DNA of 64,000 nt from an uncultured virus (IMG/VR IMGVR_UViG_3300010163_001408) (Duplodnaviria; Heunggongvirae; Uroviricota; Caudoviricetes), in the IMG/VR virus record IMGVR_UViG_3300010163_001408. One strand, 5' to 3'. The notes under the pieces were generated by a model. The model saw nothing but the letters and a program-made list of their open reading frames with translations, searched no databases and was not told where the DNA came from. The position numbers and the translations under genes were made by a program. Position 1 is the stretch's first letter, and every line of letters begins with the position of its first letter. Shown piece by piece: positions 41,328-52,893 of the stretch.

Positions 41328-41747
41328 ATGGTAGGAATGAACATTCAAAGTAGGTATTCAGATATAGCAGCAAGGGCTGGTTTATCAGAAGAAATTGTAA
41401 GAAGAGTATTAAAAGCATCAAGAGAAAGCTTAGCAATTTCAGTTAGACAAGGTGAAAGGGCAACTTTACCCGGTATATGTATAATGATTCCAACAATAAA
41501 GAATAGAATAAACCCTGGCGGAACTTCAATGACAAGCTATATAAAGCTAAAAACAACACCTTCAGCAGCTATGGAATCAGAGGTTGATAAGCTATCAGAC
41601 TTTAATGAAGTAGTCACAGATGGAGATTCAGATGACATTAGCGATGATGAAATATTAGCAAAGCTGAACTTTAAGAACATAGACGAAATAGGATTTAAAC
41701 CTAAACAAACTGGTATAAGAACATCACAAATAAGTGCTTTACTATAA
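41328..41747 (+). CDS. HU/IHF-like DNA-binding protein with C-terminal extension
   Basis: IAARAGLS…V..VL……I….GE..TLPG……R.NP…K..PS; ATG at 41328 after GGAGG. Confidence 0.65.
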   Translation: MVGMNIQSRYSDIAARAGLSEEIVRRVLKASRESLAISVRQGERATLPGICIMIPTIKNRINPGGTSMTSYIKLKTTPSAAMESEVDKLSDFNEVVTDGDSDDISDDEILAKLNFKNIDEIGFKPKQTGIRTSQISALL

Positions 41748-41770
41748 AGAGAATAAGCTGGTAAAGAAAA

Positions 41771-42406
41771 ATGACGGGACCTACACATAGACAGTATTCA
41801 ATAACATTTGGTTTATTAGCCATAATGATAATATATACATTGGGAGTAACACAGGTAAATTATTACTTAGCAATTCCAATTGTATTAATGACATCAAAGT
41901 GGGGTGCGTTATTTCCAGATATAGATCACACTTGGGAAAATGTAGCAGATAAGACAATAGTTAAAAAGATAATAAATATACTTATACATTTTACTGGTGG
42001 AAAGCATAGAAGTTGGCAGACGCATTCAATTGATATATGTACATATTCAACAATAGCAGCTTACATTTTACCTAATGTATTATTCAATTTAGGAAAAATA
42101 TCAGAAGTAAACAAGGAAGTAATGACATTGTTATTTTTAAGTTTTTGCTCTGGTTGGATAAGCCATATGTTTAGTGATATGTTAAATGGCACAGGAGTAA
42201 GGCTTGTATGTTTTATGAATTTTAAAGTAGCATTTGTACCTAAAAAGATAGGCAAACTAAGATTTAACACTGGTCATGAATGGGAAGCTTTTAACTACAA
42301 AATAATTAAGATAATAAATATATTGTTAGGGGTAGTAGCATTAATTTATCCATTATATGTATGTGGGTATATAAATTTTTTATTTAATATACTTGGGAGG
42401 AAATAG
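41771..42406 (+). CDS. Membrane-bound metal-dependent hydrolase (YdjM-like)
   Basis: M.G.TH, GALFPDIDH, HRSWQTHS, SHMFSD. Confidence 0.85.
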   Translation: MTGPTHRQYSITFGLLAIMIIYTLGVTQVNYYLAIPIVLMTSKWGALFPDIDHTWENVADKTIVKKIINILIHFTGGKHRSWQTHSIDICTYSTIAAYILPNVLFNLGKISEVNKEVMTLLFLSFCSGWISHMFSDMLNGTGVRLVCFMNFKVAFVPKKIGKLRFNTGHEWEAFNYKIIKIINILLGVVALIYPLYVCGYINFLFNILGRK

Positions 42407-42408
42407 AT

Positions 42409-43179
42409 ATGAAAAGATTAAAAATTTTCATAATGTCATTAGCCATGACAACAATGCTACTAGGTAATTCAATAGTAGCATCAGCTAGTGAATTTAACAT
42501 TCAAGATTATGTAACACAATATGGACAAGGACAAATTTCATCATCACACTTACATCCTTCACAGACACAAATAACATGGGTACAAGTAGAAATAAATGGA
42601 ACTACATACTTCATTGATGATGAAGGAATTGAAGAAGCTCAGACACATGTAGCTAAAATGACAGAGCAAAAAGAGACATCTGATAATATAACAGAACAAA
42701 TCAAAGGACTTGATGGAGCATTAAATATTAAGCCTGATATTTCTCGCGCAACAGACACTGTATCTGGATTTATACCAATGTTAAATTTCATATTAGGAAT
42801 TATCATTGCATTTATAACTACTGCAACGACAATATTCACTGGTTTGGATATATGCTGGTTAGTGTTCCCAGTGTTTAGAGGTAAATGCGAGAATATGAAG
42901 CAGGCAGGTAAAGGGGTAGATAAGAGCAGAACAGAAAAGTCCGGTGAAACAAAGCTAATATTCATTTCAGATGAAGCTGAATATGCATTGAATGCAGCAG
43001 AGACAACTCAAACTGGTAAAAATCCTGTAATTATTTATGGTAGAAAAAGAGCAGTTGCAATAGTAGCAACTACAGTAGTATTATTTATACTGTGTACAGG
43101 AAATATATCAGTTGTTACAAACATAGCACTTAAGGCAGCAAGTGGAATAATTAACCTTATAGGTGAGATAGGGTCTTAA
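42409..43179 (+). CDS. Pilin/VirB2-like membrane protein B with signal peptide
   Basis: Signal peptide ending ASA; LDICWLVFPVFR…ISDEAEYAL…IYGRKR followed by a hydrophobic helix. Confidence 0.7.
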   Translation: MKRLKIFIMSLAMTTMLLGNSIVASASEFNIQDYVTQYGQGQISSSHLHPSQTQITWVQVEINGTTYFIDDEGIEEAQTHVAKMTEQKETSDNITEQIKGLDGALNIKPDISRATDTVSGFIPMLNFILGIIIAFITTATTIFTGLDICWLVFPVFRGKCENMKQAGKGVDKSRTEKSGETKLIFISDEAEYALNAAETTQTGKNPVIIYGRKRAVAIVATTVVLFILCTGNISVVTNIALKAASGIINLIGEIGS

Positions 43180-43202
43180 ATAAAAGCAAGAGGATCACAT
43201 AA

Positions 43203-43712
43203 ATGTCAGTAGATGAAATTGTAAAAGAGATTGAGGACCAAGCAAATACAAGTGTAGATCCAATTACATCTGGTGTAGATAGTATAACACTTAGAGAGGT
43301 TACATCAATAATAACACAGATAACATCTGTATTACTTGGTTGGGCAATAGTGCTAATAACAATAGGAGTACCAATAATAATAGCCCTTGAGATTGCTTAT
43401 ATTACATTTCCAATTATAAGGAGCGGCGCAGATAAGGCAGCAAATTATTTGGATAGAATAGTAACAAAAGGGGTAGCAAGGAAAACAATAGAAATAACAT
43501 TTAGAGATGCCAGACAGGCATTGATAGAAGCAGAAACAAAAATAACAGGCAGATCAGCTACATGGATATACTTAAAAATCAAATCTAAGTCAGTAATGTT
43601 TATTGTGTTTATTATATCACTCATAGGTTTAGGAAGTGGAACATTTATAAATATTACTAGCAAGTCATTCAGTGGAATATTTGACTTGATAAGAGCCTTT
43701 ATTGGCACCTAA
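43203..43712 (+). CDS. Pilin/VirB2-like membrane protein C
   Basis: LEIAYITFPIIR…FRDARQAL…IYLKIK followed by a hydrophobic helix. Confidence 0.7.
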   Translation: MSVDEIVKEIEDQANTSVDPITSGVDSITLREVTSIITQITSVLLGWAIVLITIGVPIIIALEIAYITFPIIRSGADKAANYLDRIVTKGVARKTIEITFRDARQALIEAETKITGRSATWIYLKIKSKSVMFIVFIISLIGLGSGTFINITSKSFSGIFDLIRAFIGT

Positions 43713-43729
43713 TCAGATAAAACATTAGG

Positions 43730-43773
43730 AATGTAGCTATTTCACATAGAGTTGTTGAAATAGCTACATTTTA
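43730..43773 (+). terminator. 15-bp hairpin (terminator or processing site)
   Basis: AATGTAGCTATTTCA/TGAAATAGCTACATT. Confidence 0.65.
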
Positions 43774-43802
43774 TTATAAATAATAACAGATGGAGATTGG
43801 TT

Positions 43803-46271
43803 ATGAAAATTACATCACTATTTAAAAGCATATCTAAAAAAGTAAGTATACTAAGTATAATAGGATTATGTACACTGGGTTTATCAGGATGTGGTGAGAA
43901 TATAAAGAACTTTTTAGAAACAGATTGTAATAATGCCATTATGGATAGGCTAGAAATGAATTTAAAAGTATTACAGACATTGCATAGTAACGGGTTTATT
44001 TCAGATTTAACATATAAAAATTATGAGAATAGTATAAATGTACAACAGCAATATTATAGTAGTGAATTTACAAACATAGATTTGAATAACCTTGGTAAGT
44101 CCTGTCCTTTTTTAAATAATATACACAAATTAAGATATGTAACATGTGAAATGGTAGCTAATACTGGTAAAACAGCTATAACATACCCGAATGATAAAGG
44201 TGAAATAATAAGCTACAGTCTAAAAGAACATGCTAGTGACGGGTTTCCTGATGGAGTATACATATCTAATACATTAATTCAACACGTAACTAAATTTGGT
44301 AGTGTAAGTGACTCCCCTGGAGATGTACATACCTGCAGAGACACTGACTTAACACCAATGAATATATTAGGAACAGACATATCAACTGACATGGCAACAC
44401 GATTTAATTGTCCAGTATACGTATTAGATTGGGAATTGATCACACAAGATGGTAATTCATCATTAGATTCTGTCATAGAAGCTGTACATAGCGCAATAAC
44501 AACTGGTGCAGATGGTTCAAGAAGTGTAAACGATGCAATATTAGAGAAATATTTTAGGCAAGCAGAAGATGCAAGTGGTAAACCAATAACACTTGGAGAA
44601 GACTTTAATATAGCATTGGACATGGTAAGAGTAACAAGTGAAAATCCAACATTTAACAATTTAAATAGTAATGATGTATCAAATGAACTTGGTTTAGACT
44701 TAGTAATAAGCCAATATGATGTTCCAGCATTTACAGTAAGATTACAAGAAATAAATCCTGTGGCATGGGAAAACCTGCAAAAGCTACTGGGAATGAATGA
44801 TAGTAAGTATATTTATTCTGAAGCAAACGGTGGTAAATTCTATGTCATGGAATATCCAGTATGGTACTTAGATTCTATAAAGAATGAAACTGCCAATAGT
44901 TCAACTGCCATTGGAACATTTGCAGAATCAGGAATAGGGGTTAACCTATACACACAAAAAATACTAAAGTATGATCCAATTTATAGTGGTAGCAAAATTA
45001 CAGGGTGGTCCAAGACAGGTACTGAAATTTCAGAATTAGTAGATTCATATTTAACATTGGCAGGTGCTAGCAATGGGGACTTTAAGGGTAAATCAGCATT
45101 CATGGTAAATGGTACACAGGACATTGATATAGCACTTTATATAACAGCTTCTGGCAGTATGGGAACAGTAAAGGGTGCAAGAATAATACTTAGAGATTAC
45201 CTTGAAGCAACCTTTGCACCAAACTTTGTAGACGAAAGTAACCTAGTAGTTTTTGGTAGAAAAATAAGATTTCTATTTAAGCCAGAAAACTTTGATGCAG
45301 ATGGAAATATAGTAATAGATAAAACACAAGAAATGGCAGTTTATGTGGATAAAGAAGGTAATAACATTTTGGATGGAAATTATTTAACAATCACAGATTT
45401 CTGTTCAGCCCAAGACCTAACACTGGATAAACCTAGAATAACAAGATTAAATATGATATCAGAAAAAGGTACAACAGTGATACCTGGTCAAACATCAACA
45501 ACAGACAAGGCCATGACAGTAGATCAGTTAGATCAAGTAGGTCAGGCAGGTACAAGTCCAATACACATTACTATGATGTTTCCTGGGGATAAAATAGGGA
45601 GAGCAGATTATGGAGATCATGGTTTTAATGACAATAACTCCAAACAAAGATTTTATGCTGTAGCAACACGAAAAGGGATATTTAACTCTGGTTTATATTC
45701 TAATTGGATAAATATAACTGATAATACAGCAAGTTTAGACTGGTGGAATACATATCTTAATGATAATCAATTTAAATATTCAGTAGGCCACCAAGAAGTT
45801 AATGACTATCTATTAGGTAATTTTGGATACGAACTCAGTCAATCTGGCATAATCATATTAGATTTGGATACTATAGCATTTATTCAAGAGGAAATGAATG
45901 AAGAATCACAAACAGAGACAGCTGAATTTACAAGAACAATATTTGTAATCATAGGTTGGTTTTTAATATGCTATGCAATCATGTTAATGCTAGCATGGGT
46001 TATAGATACAAACTTGGATATAGGTATTGATTTATTAAATAAATTAACACTTGGTAGCTGGATAGCAGTAAAGTATGCAGAGGATATTCCAGCTTATGAC
46101 TTATCAAATAATAAGTATATGCCACTATCAAGAGTAGTTGTAAGCAGTTTCATTATAACGGCAGTAGCATTATTGCTTATAACAGTTGATATATACAGTT
46201 TAGTTATAGCAATTATAAGGGTTTGTGGTAGTATAGCTTCACAAATACAGCAGATGTTATCTGGAAAATAA
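43803..46271 (+). CDS. Large lipoprotein-like protein with C-terminal transmembrane helices
   Basis: Lipobox LSGC; two C-terminal hydrophobic segments; ATG at 43803 after GGAG. Confidence 0.82.
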   Translation: MKITSLFKSISKKVSILSIIGLCTLGLSGCGENIKNFLETDCNNAIMDRLEMNLKVLQTLHSNGFISDLTYKNYENSINVQQQYYSSEFTNIDLNNLGKSCPFLNNIHKLRYVTCEMVANTGKTAITYPNDKGEIISYSLKEHASDGFPDGVYISNTLIQHVTKFGSVSDSPGDVHTCRDTDLTPMNILGTDISTDMATRFNCPVYVLDWELITQDGNSSLDSVIEAVHSAITTGADGSRSVNDAILEKYFRQAEDASGKPITLGEDFNIALDMVRVTSENPTFNNLNSNDVSNELGLDLVISQYDVPAFTVRLQEINPVAWENLQKLLGMNDSKYIYSEANGGKFYVMEYPVWYLDSIKNETANSSTAIGTFAESGIGVNLYTQKILKYDPIYSGSKITGWSKTGTEISELVDSYLTLAGASNGDFKGKSAFMVNGTQDIDIALYITASGSMGTVKGARIILRDYLEATFAPNFVDESNLVVFGRKIRFLFKPENFDADGNIVIDKTQEMAVYVDKEGNNILDGNYLTITDFCSAQDLTLDKPRITRLNMISEKGTTVIPGQTSTTDKAMTVDQLDQVGQAGTSPIHITMMFPGDKIGRADYGDHGFNDNNSKQRFYAVATRKGIFNSGLYSNWINITDNTASLDWWNTYLNDNQFKYSVGHQEVNDYLLGNFGYELSQSGIIILDLDTIAFIQEEMNEESQTETAEFTRTIFVIIGWFLICYAIMLMLAWVIDTNLDIGIDLLNKLTLGSWIAVKYAEDIPAYDLSNNKYMPLSRVVVSSFIITAVALLLITVDIYSLVIAIIRVCGSIASQIQQMLSGK

Positions 46272-46303
46272 CATAAAAATTTATCAAGTGAGGATAAGAA
46301 AGA

Positions 46304-49300
46304 ATGAAGAAGGCATTTAAAAACATTGTAATAAGTGCATTATGTATAGCTAGTGTTGTGACAACAATAATATCAGCAATACCTGTAGCACATGCAGACA
46401 GCTCTTCAATATTAAGTACAAATACAGCGTTAGGTTCACCTGTACTTAATGATGACTTTGTAGTAGAAGATTGGAATAAGTGGGAGATGGAAGTTTGGGG
46501 GATATATTTAAGTAATTTCTGTCAGCCACTTGTAGATACATATGAAACTGCCTTCAAAACTGGTGCAGGTGGCAATAATGGAGCAGGATATAAAGCATTA
46601 TGCTTTGGGTCAGGTAGTGATCCAGAAAATAATGAAACTATACAGGCATTATGTGATGAAGCAATACTATATCAGAAAACAGTTACCAAGCAGTTGTACG
46701 TAACATATACAACACTAATTTATAATGATACAGACTTAGAAGATAAAGATACAAGTAAGGCTGATGCAAATACAGTAGAACCAAGACCAGCCAATTTCAA
46801 TGATTTATTATTTATAAATGGGGATGATGATAATAAAACATGTGCATCATCCATTGAATATGCACTTGTTCAACAAAGTCTGGGCTTTGATGAACTTTTA
46901 AAATTTGATAGACCATCAGGATCAACACTTGGCAGTAATAATCAAGACTACACTAGCATAGCACATGCAGAGGTTGTACACATACCAACTTTTTGGGTTA
47001 AAAATAATGGCGGCAATGGAAATAAGTATATTAAAATATTAGATTATAATGATTCATGGGATCTACAGATGGCAAATATACTATTTTCATCTGAAAGATT
47101 TATAGCAGACGAAACATTCCAGGGAAAATTTACTGAATTAATGCAGGGACAATATCCTATAGTGTTAGATGCATTTGGTAATATAACAACACAAGATAAA
47201 CTAATGGTAATACCAGCAGCAGTAAACCCTAATTTAACAAAAGAAAAACAGATAAATTTATTAAATTCATGGATATTTAATGGATACAACTCCACATATT
47301 CAGACGAGGATTTAATATCTAGCTTATGTCAGTACAGAACCAATTACGGAGGTTTACCAGCATTTGTAGACTCTGATAAATTAAAAGGAACAGTATTACT
47401 GTATTATGACATGGATACTATAATGTATAATTTAAAACAAACTGGACAATACAATGATTCCAGCGCACATTATGGTAAGGCACTTAAAGAATTTTTTGAC
47501 ACAGACATAACATCAAAAACAAATCAATATCAGCTTAAAATTGAATCAGTGGGACTTGATGATTCATATTTAAACTTTTTTAATGCTATAACACCTTGGG
47601 AACAAACAAACTTAACAACATCGTTATTAAGTAATGCACTACAATCAAATAAAAATAGACCTAAAATGCTATATCAAATCATAGATACCAAGGGCAACAA
47701 GATTCCATTATTTACTGAAGACAATGCAAATGCAGTAATAGTGGCTCCTCAGTTGCTAGGATCAGGTACAGGGAGTGCAAGAGATAGAGCAGAGGGAGTT
47801 AGAATGTTCTACAATTACTTATACGAAGTTTATTGTGGAAAGCATGGGGAAGCAGCAGCAACATGGTTAAGAAACAATTTAGAAAATAATGAAACAACAG
47901 ATACATTTGAACATTTTGTAAATAACGTAGCAACTAAATATTGGGATGATTTTGTAAAGACATACCCAGAGTATAAAAATGAAAGATGGAGAAAGGATTG
48001 GTTAGACTGGGGAAAAAATAATAGTGTAAGTGATAGGTCTAATAGACTTGTTAAGGTGTACCCTATATCAACAACAATGAAAACAATAGCACAAGTCATG
48101 GGACTTGTAGACGGTACGGAGTTTAATGTATATTGTACACTAGTTTATGCAACATATCTTGATTGGTATGGCATAGGAAATGCAAAGACAATAGGTGGAG
48201 ATGATCCATCAGAATTTAATCCAGATATATTTGATGGTCAATCAGATATATTAAATTTAGATATAACAGATCCAAAATTTAAGGGGCAAAGTAAAGTGGA
48301 TAGAGAGGAAGAAATTTTAAACCTTGGCTACTTAATGCTTAGTCCAGAGAAAGGTAGAGATTATAGAAAGCAACTTATATACAATGGCATTGAAGATTTC
48401 GTATATGAGCAGTACAACAGAATAGTTTACGGTGGAAAAGATTCAATGTATTCTGGTACAGCATCAAAAAGTAACTCAGGCTTCCTTGCAATAGAAACAT
48501 TTACAGACAATCCATTTACATCATGGTTTGTAAATGGTTATGCATCAGTAGTAATATGGTTCTTAATGGGAACTGTTATTATAATCATTTTAGTAGGTTT
48601 ACTAAAAAAGAGAAAATTTTCATGGTACTTATTGAATGTTATATTAGCAGTAAATTTGATATTATTAGTACCATCAAGTGGTGAGATAGTACCTTATGTA
48701 ACATCAAGGTTCATAGAAAGTATGTTTTCTAGCAAGATGACTTATTGGGCAGTCAGTGAGGGTATATCTAATGCCGCCATTGAATCAAATCAGTTTAACA
48801 TAGACAGTGATGATGAAGCAGATTTAGTAATGAGTTTAGTTAAAACTTTAAACGTAGTTTATACTGATCGTTCATTAATGTTAAAGCAAGACATTTCTCA
48901 AAAGATAACACAAAAGACAGTGGGAGTGTATAATGATATACAGAATATACGTTCAGCTAGATGGTTATTGCCTATAGTTATGGAACAAATGACAGGGGAT
49001 AACAATACAACAGATTACTTATATGTTAAGCTAAGTAATGTTTGGGATGATATGTCTAATTTATATTGGTATTATAATAGAGGTGATACTCTTAACATGA
49101 CAGAACCAACAGCTACATCCCAACAAAACGATGATGCAGCAGTATCATACGGAACAGCAGAAGGTGATATGAAAGATAGTGAAACATACTCACTTGTAAA
49201 AGATTACTTTGATGATTATGCAATAATTGATAGAGATGATAGGTATAACAATTACAATTATAGAAGTTATTCATATACACAATATGATAATGCAGATCAA

Positions 49301-51226
49301 GTGCATTTATATGCATGGGCATTAGATCCAAATGATCATTTAGGTATACAGATACCAACTAGAGGAAATATAGGAGCAAACTACAAAAACGCAGATTCAT
49401 GGCAAACATATATAGACTCAGTAGCAACAAAATCAAACCTGAAAGATATATTTGCAACAAACTCTGCTATTGGAACTAATAACATTGAATCCACAGCAGA
49501 TCAATATAACAGACAAGATAGATCAACAATACATGCTGATTACTCATATTTAAAAACGACAGAAGACATAGCATATTACTTCTTCTACGTTGTAAAGGAT
49601 ACATTTGCAACTGAATATCAGTTAGGCAAAGTTATAGGGATGTTACAAGGAAATACACAAAATGGAATAAATGATGAAACAGTAAGAGAATCATTTATGC
49701 ATAGTACAATAACAAGCAACATTGAAGGTGATAGATATCAAGATTCAGGGTTCAGAACATCAGACCCTAATATACAGTATACGCCTTATGTAAGAGATAT
49801 ACTAGACTTAGAGAACTTGTTTAAAAATGTAGTACCTTACCTATATCAAACTCAGTTATTAACAGGTGGATTTGATGGAAAGTCAGGAGTACTTGGAGAT
49901 AGTACAATAACAAATTTACAGTATTATGAAGGAGAACTTCAGTCATGGATGTATAGGTGTAATTGGGCAACTAAACTAATGGAGAATCCAGAGTTAAGTA
50001 AGCCAACAGCAGTAAAAGATTCAGCAGGAAATAAGTACATTGTAAACAATCCATTATTATATGAGTGTTATCCAACAGAAAGACCTATGATATTTAGTGA
50101 AGCTCAGATGCATGCATATGGATTAATTGAGGCAGACCTAAGTCTTGTAGAATTAAAATGTATAGAAGTAAATAAGAACACCCGTAATAAGTGGACAATG
50201 CTAATAAATTATGCAGGTACACCTGAACTTACTAAAGAAGTAATTTACAGACAGATGGCGACAGACGCAGCTATGATATTTAATGAGGAGTTTAGCACAT
50301 TAGGAATATTAAATAATATTTATAAAATGTATCCTCAAAGCATAGATCTTAGATACCTAAGCTTTGATAGTATAATGAAAATGCTTATGCTAAATGTGTC
50401 AAAGAATAGCAATTATGTATATGGTGACACCATGCAGACACTGATAAGTGATTCAGATATGTTTCAAGCATTATTATTACTAGTAGATGCATTTATATGT
50501 TCAGCAATAATACCTTTAGGTAGAACATTCCTATTAGCATTGATATTCTACTTAGGTTTTGGGGCTTTGATTAGAGGAATATTAAGTGATGGCAAACAGA
50601 AAGCAAAAATAGCATGTGGTCAACTTGTATGTAACATAATATTTATGTTATTAACATTAATATATTATGCAGTATTTGCAATATTGATGGCTGTAACGTC
50701 AACTGATGAAGTATTATCAGTGAGTCAAATAACAGCTAAACCTGGAAATCCTGCTTGGGTACTAATAATAGTAATGTTAGCAAGTGGAGTTTATGTATGG
50801 TTTATGTGGAAGATGATAAAATTCTGTGGAATTAATTATAAGGACATGGGATATGAGTTTATGTCAATGATAGCATCTAACACAGTAGAAAAAATTCAAG
50901 ATGGCATGGCTAATTTATCATCCAACTTAGCCAACTGGGCGAGCAGAGTTGGAGGAGAAGAAGGAAACAATAAGTCTTTCCAAACAGGCAATATAAACAG
51001 TATAAGAGGTACTGGAAATAAAGAAGCACCTACACAAGATGTTAACTTAAGATCAACAGATGATGAAGTATTGACACTTAAGAAAGAATCAGAATCAACC
51101 GAATCAGTTGAAGAAATGTCACAACATGCTTATACAACTGGTGAAAGTATAGATTTTGATAATAGTGTAACAGCTCAAGATATTGATTCACAAATAGAGC
51201 ACGGTAGACAAATGTCAGAAAATTAA
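46304..51226 (+). CDS. Giant (1640 aa) secreted/polytopic membrane protein, candidate VirB6-like or channel component
   Basis: Signal peptide ending AHA; central TM hairpin; about 4 C-terminal TM helices; acidic tail. Confidence 0.82.
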   Translation: MKKAFKNIVISALCIASVVTTIISAIPVAHADSSSILSTNTALGSPVLNDDFVVEDWNKWEMEVWGIYLSNFCQPLVDTYETAFKTGAGGNNGAGYKALCFGSGSDPENNETIQALCDEAILYQKTVTKQLYVTYTTLIYNDTDLEDKDTSKADANTVEPRPANFNDLLFINGDDDNKTCASSIEYALVQQSLGFDELLKFDRPSGSTLGSNNQDYTSIAHAEVVHIPTFWVKNNGGNGNKYIKILDYNDSWDLQMANILFSSERFIADETFQGKFTELMQGQYPIVLDAFGNITTQDKLMVIPAAVNPNLTKEKQINLLNSWIFNGYNSTYSDEDLISSLCQYRTNYGGLPAFVDSDKLKGTVLLYYDMDTIMYNLKQTGQYNDSSAHYGKALKEFFDTDITSKTNQYQLKIESVGLDDSYLNFFNAITPWEQTNLTTSLLSNALQSNKNRPKMLYQIIDTKGNKIPLFTEDNANAVIVAPQLLGSGTGSARDRAEGVRMFYNYLYEVYCGKHGEAAATWLRNNLENNETTDTFEHFVNNVATKYWDDFVKTYPEYKNERWRKDWLDWGKNNSVSDRSNRLVKVYPISTTMKTIAQVMGLVDGTEFNVYCTLVYATYLDWYGIGNAKTIGGDDPSEFNPDIFDGQSDILNLDITDPKFKGQSKVDREEEILNLGYLMLSPEKGRDYRKQLIYNGIEDFVYEQYNRIVYGGKDSMYSGTASKSNSGFLAIETFTDNPFTSWFVNGYASVVIWFLMGTVIIIILVGLLKKRKFSWYLLNVILAVNLILLVPSSGEIVPYVTSRFIESMFSSKMTYWAVSEGISNAAIESNQFNIDSDDEADLVMSLVKTLNVVYTDRSLMLKQDISQKITQKTVGVYNDIQNIRSARWLLPIVMEQMTGDNNTTDYLYVKLSNVWDDMSNLYWYYNRGDTLNMTEPTATSQQNDDAAVSYGTAEGDMKDSETYSLVKDYFDDYAIIDRDDRYNNYNYRSYSYTQYDNADQVHLYAWALDPNDHLGIQIPTRGNIGANYKNADSWQTYIDSVATKSNLKDIFATNSAIGTNNIESTADQYNRQDRSTIHADYSYLKTTEDIAYYFFYVVKDTFATEYQLGKVIGMLQGNTQNGINDETVRESFMHSTITSNIEGDRYQDSGFRTSDPNIQYTPYVRDILDLENLFKNVVPYLYQTQLLTGGFDGKSGVLGDSTITNLQYYEGELQSWMYRCNWATKLMENPELSKPTAVKDSAGNKYIVNNPLLYECYPTERPMIFSEAQMHAYGLIEADLSLVELKCIEVNKNTRNKWTMLINYAGTPELTKEVIYRQMATDAAMIFNEEFSTLGILNNIYKMYPQSIDLRYLSFDSIMKMLMLNVSKNSNYVYGDTMQTLISDSDMFQALLLLVDAFICSAIIPLGRTFLLALIFYLGFGALIRGILSDGKQKAKIACGQLVCNIIFMLLTLIYYAVFAILMAVTSTDEVLSVSQITAKPGNPAWVLIIVMLASGVYVWFMWKMIKFCGINYKDMGYEFMSMIASNTVEKIQDGMANLSSNLANWASRVGGEEGNNKSFQTGNINSIRGTGNKEAPTQDVNLRSTDDEVLTLKKESESTESVEEMSQHAYTTGESIDFDNSVTAQDIDSQIEHGRQMSEN

Positions 51227-51230
51227 AACT

Positions 51231-51270
51231 TAAAGGTAGGCCATAAAATTAAAAAGGTCTGCCTTTATTT
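51231..51270 (+). terminator. Probable terminator
   Basis: TAAAGGTAGGCC/GGTCTGCCTTTA stem with G-U pairs plus T-rich tail. Confidence 0.55.
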
Positions 51271-51412
51271 ATTATATAAATAAAATTAAGGTATCAGTAA
51301 ATTCATGTTAAAAACTAAGAAGCATAGATGGTATCAATAGAAGTCAATAAAAAAGACATTTAGATTAAGGGTTAGAAAATATTTATTTAAGATTTGCTTA
51401 AGGAGAAAAATA

Positions 51413-51601
51413 ATGCCACTACAATATAAGTTAGAGTATGTACAAGAATTATTAGTTAAAAACAATGGAGTAAAGAAAAGAGTCGCAGATGAATTAGGAA
51501 AAGACCCTGCCAATATGAAGAAATACTGGAGATTAATGAGGGATAATGGCATGCTGGATTCTAACTACAATCTTGTAGATACTAAGTTAAACAATAAATA
51601 A
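51413..51601 (+). CDS. Small HTH-like protein
   Basis: AAGGAG RBS; GVKKRVADELGKDPANM (Fis-like HTH pattern). Confidence 0.6.
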   Translation: MPLQYKLEYVQELLVKNNGVKKRVADELGKDPANMKKYWRLMRDNGMLDSNYNLVDTKLNNK

Positions 51602-51620
51602 TTGGAGATAAGACATAGAT

Positions 51621-52871
51621 ATGGCTAATACACAACGTAGAAAGAATTACATAGATAGAAATGATAATATGTTTATTCCTATGAATGTCGAAGGTGGCAT
51701 ATGGAATGAGCACTTTTTCAATACTACAAAATTAGGAGTATTAGCAATTATACTGGTAACACTTGCTGTAATAATAATATACATAGGTTCTCAAGGACTT
51801 AATTGGTTACAATCATTAATATTATTGAGTTTATGGTTTATAGCATCAGTCTTGGCAACAAGATTTATAATTTTTGAAGAGAAGTTTTATTATCATATGT
51901 ACCAAGAATTAAAAGAACATGAAATAACTAGTCCAGCTATATTTTGGGATATAGCATCTATAAAAGATACAGATGAAGGCGCCATATTAACATATTCAGA
52001 TGCTAAGATAGCAATAATAGTAAAGGTGGAAAGGGATACAATTACAGGTAAGACAGCAGATTTTAAAGAAACACATTATGACGCAATTTCAGATTTTTAT
52101 AGAGAAGTGGCAATCAATAGATATGGGTTCGTACAAATGAACATTATGGAGCAGGCAGGTAAAGACCCAAGACTAAATGAGTTGTCCAAAATAATATACA
52201 AAAGTGACAATGAAAACATTAGAAAACTAATGGAAATGGAAGTAGGACATATAAAAAATATAACACACAAGAGCTTATATGAAAGTGACTATTTCTTATT
52301 TTATACATCAGATGTAACAAGAGTTGATAACATTATAGGAGATATTACTGAATGCTTGTTTAAACTACTTGACGGAGCATATGTTAGTTACTGCATATTA
52401 TCAAGTAAGGATATAATAGAATTAGTAAAAGAATTATACGGAGTAAACTACTTTAACTCTACACAAGCTTCATTACAAATGTTTAACAGACACACAGCAG
52501 CAATAACTAATCCATTTAATATAAAAGGGATACTTTGGAATGATGGAGAGGATCAAGAGTTAACAGCAGCAGAGATAAATAAAGTAAGAAACTTGACAAA
52601 TGCAATGATAAGAGAGACAGTAAAAAGTCAAGATGTATCATTTAAAAATAGTGTATATAGAAAAAAAGAAAAGAAACTAGTTGGCATAGACTTCTCGACA
52701 TTATCACAGAGTGATGTAGAGTTAGCAAACAATAGAAACAGACAACAAAGGCAGACAATGCAAAATATTAAACAAACAGGAGCAAGCAATATACAACCTA
52801 GACAAGTAAATGATCAAGCTAGACAAGTAATACAAAATGACATTGATGATGAAGAAATAATAGATATTTAA
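51621..52871 (+). CDS. Two-TM membrane protein with a large cytoplasmic domain, candidate VirB3/TcpE/PrgI-like
   Basis: N-terminal TM hairpin; lies upstream of the VirB4-like gene; acidic tail. Confidence 0.7.
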   Translation: MANTQRRKNYIDRNDNMFIPMNVEGGIWNEHFFNTTKLGVLAIILVTLAVIIIYIGSQGLNWLQSLILLSLWFIASVLATRFIIFEEKFYYHMYQELKEHEITSPAIFWDIASIKDTDEGAILTYSDAKIAIIVKVERDTITGKTADFKETHYDAISDFYREVAINRYGFVQMNIMEQAGKDPRLNELSKIIYKSDNENIRKLMEMEVGHIKNITHKSLYESDYFLFYTSDVTRVDNIIGDITECLFKLLDGAYVSYCILSSKDIIELVKELYGVNYFNSTQASLQMFNRHTAAITNPFNIKGILWNDGEDQELTAAEINKVRNLTNAMIRETVKSQDVSFKNSVYRKKEKKLVGIDFSTLSQSDVELANNRNRQQRQTMQNIKQTGASNIQPRQVNDQARQVIQNDIDDEEIIDI

Positions 52872-52893
52872 AATAAAAGGAGCATAGTTTAAT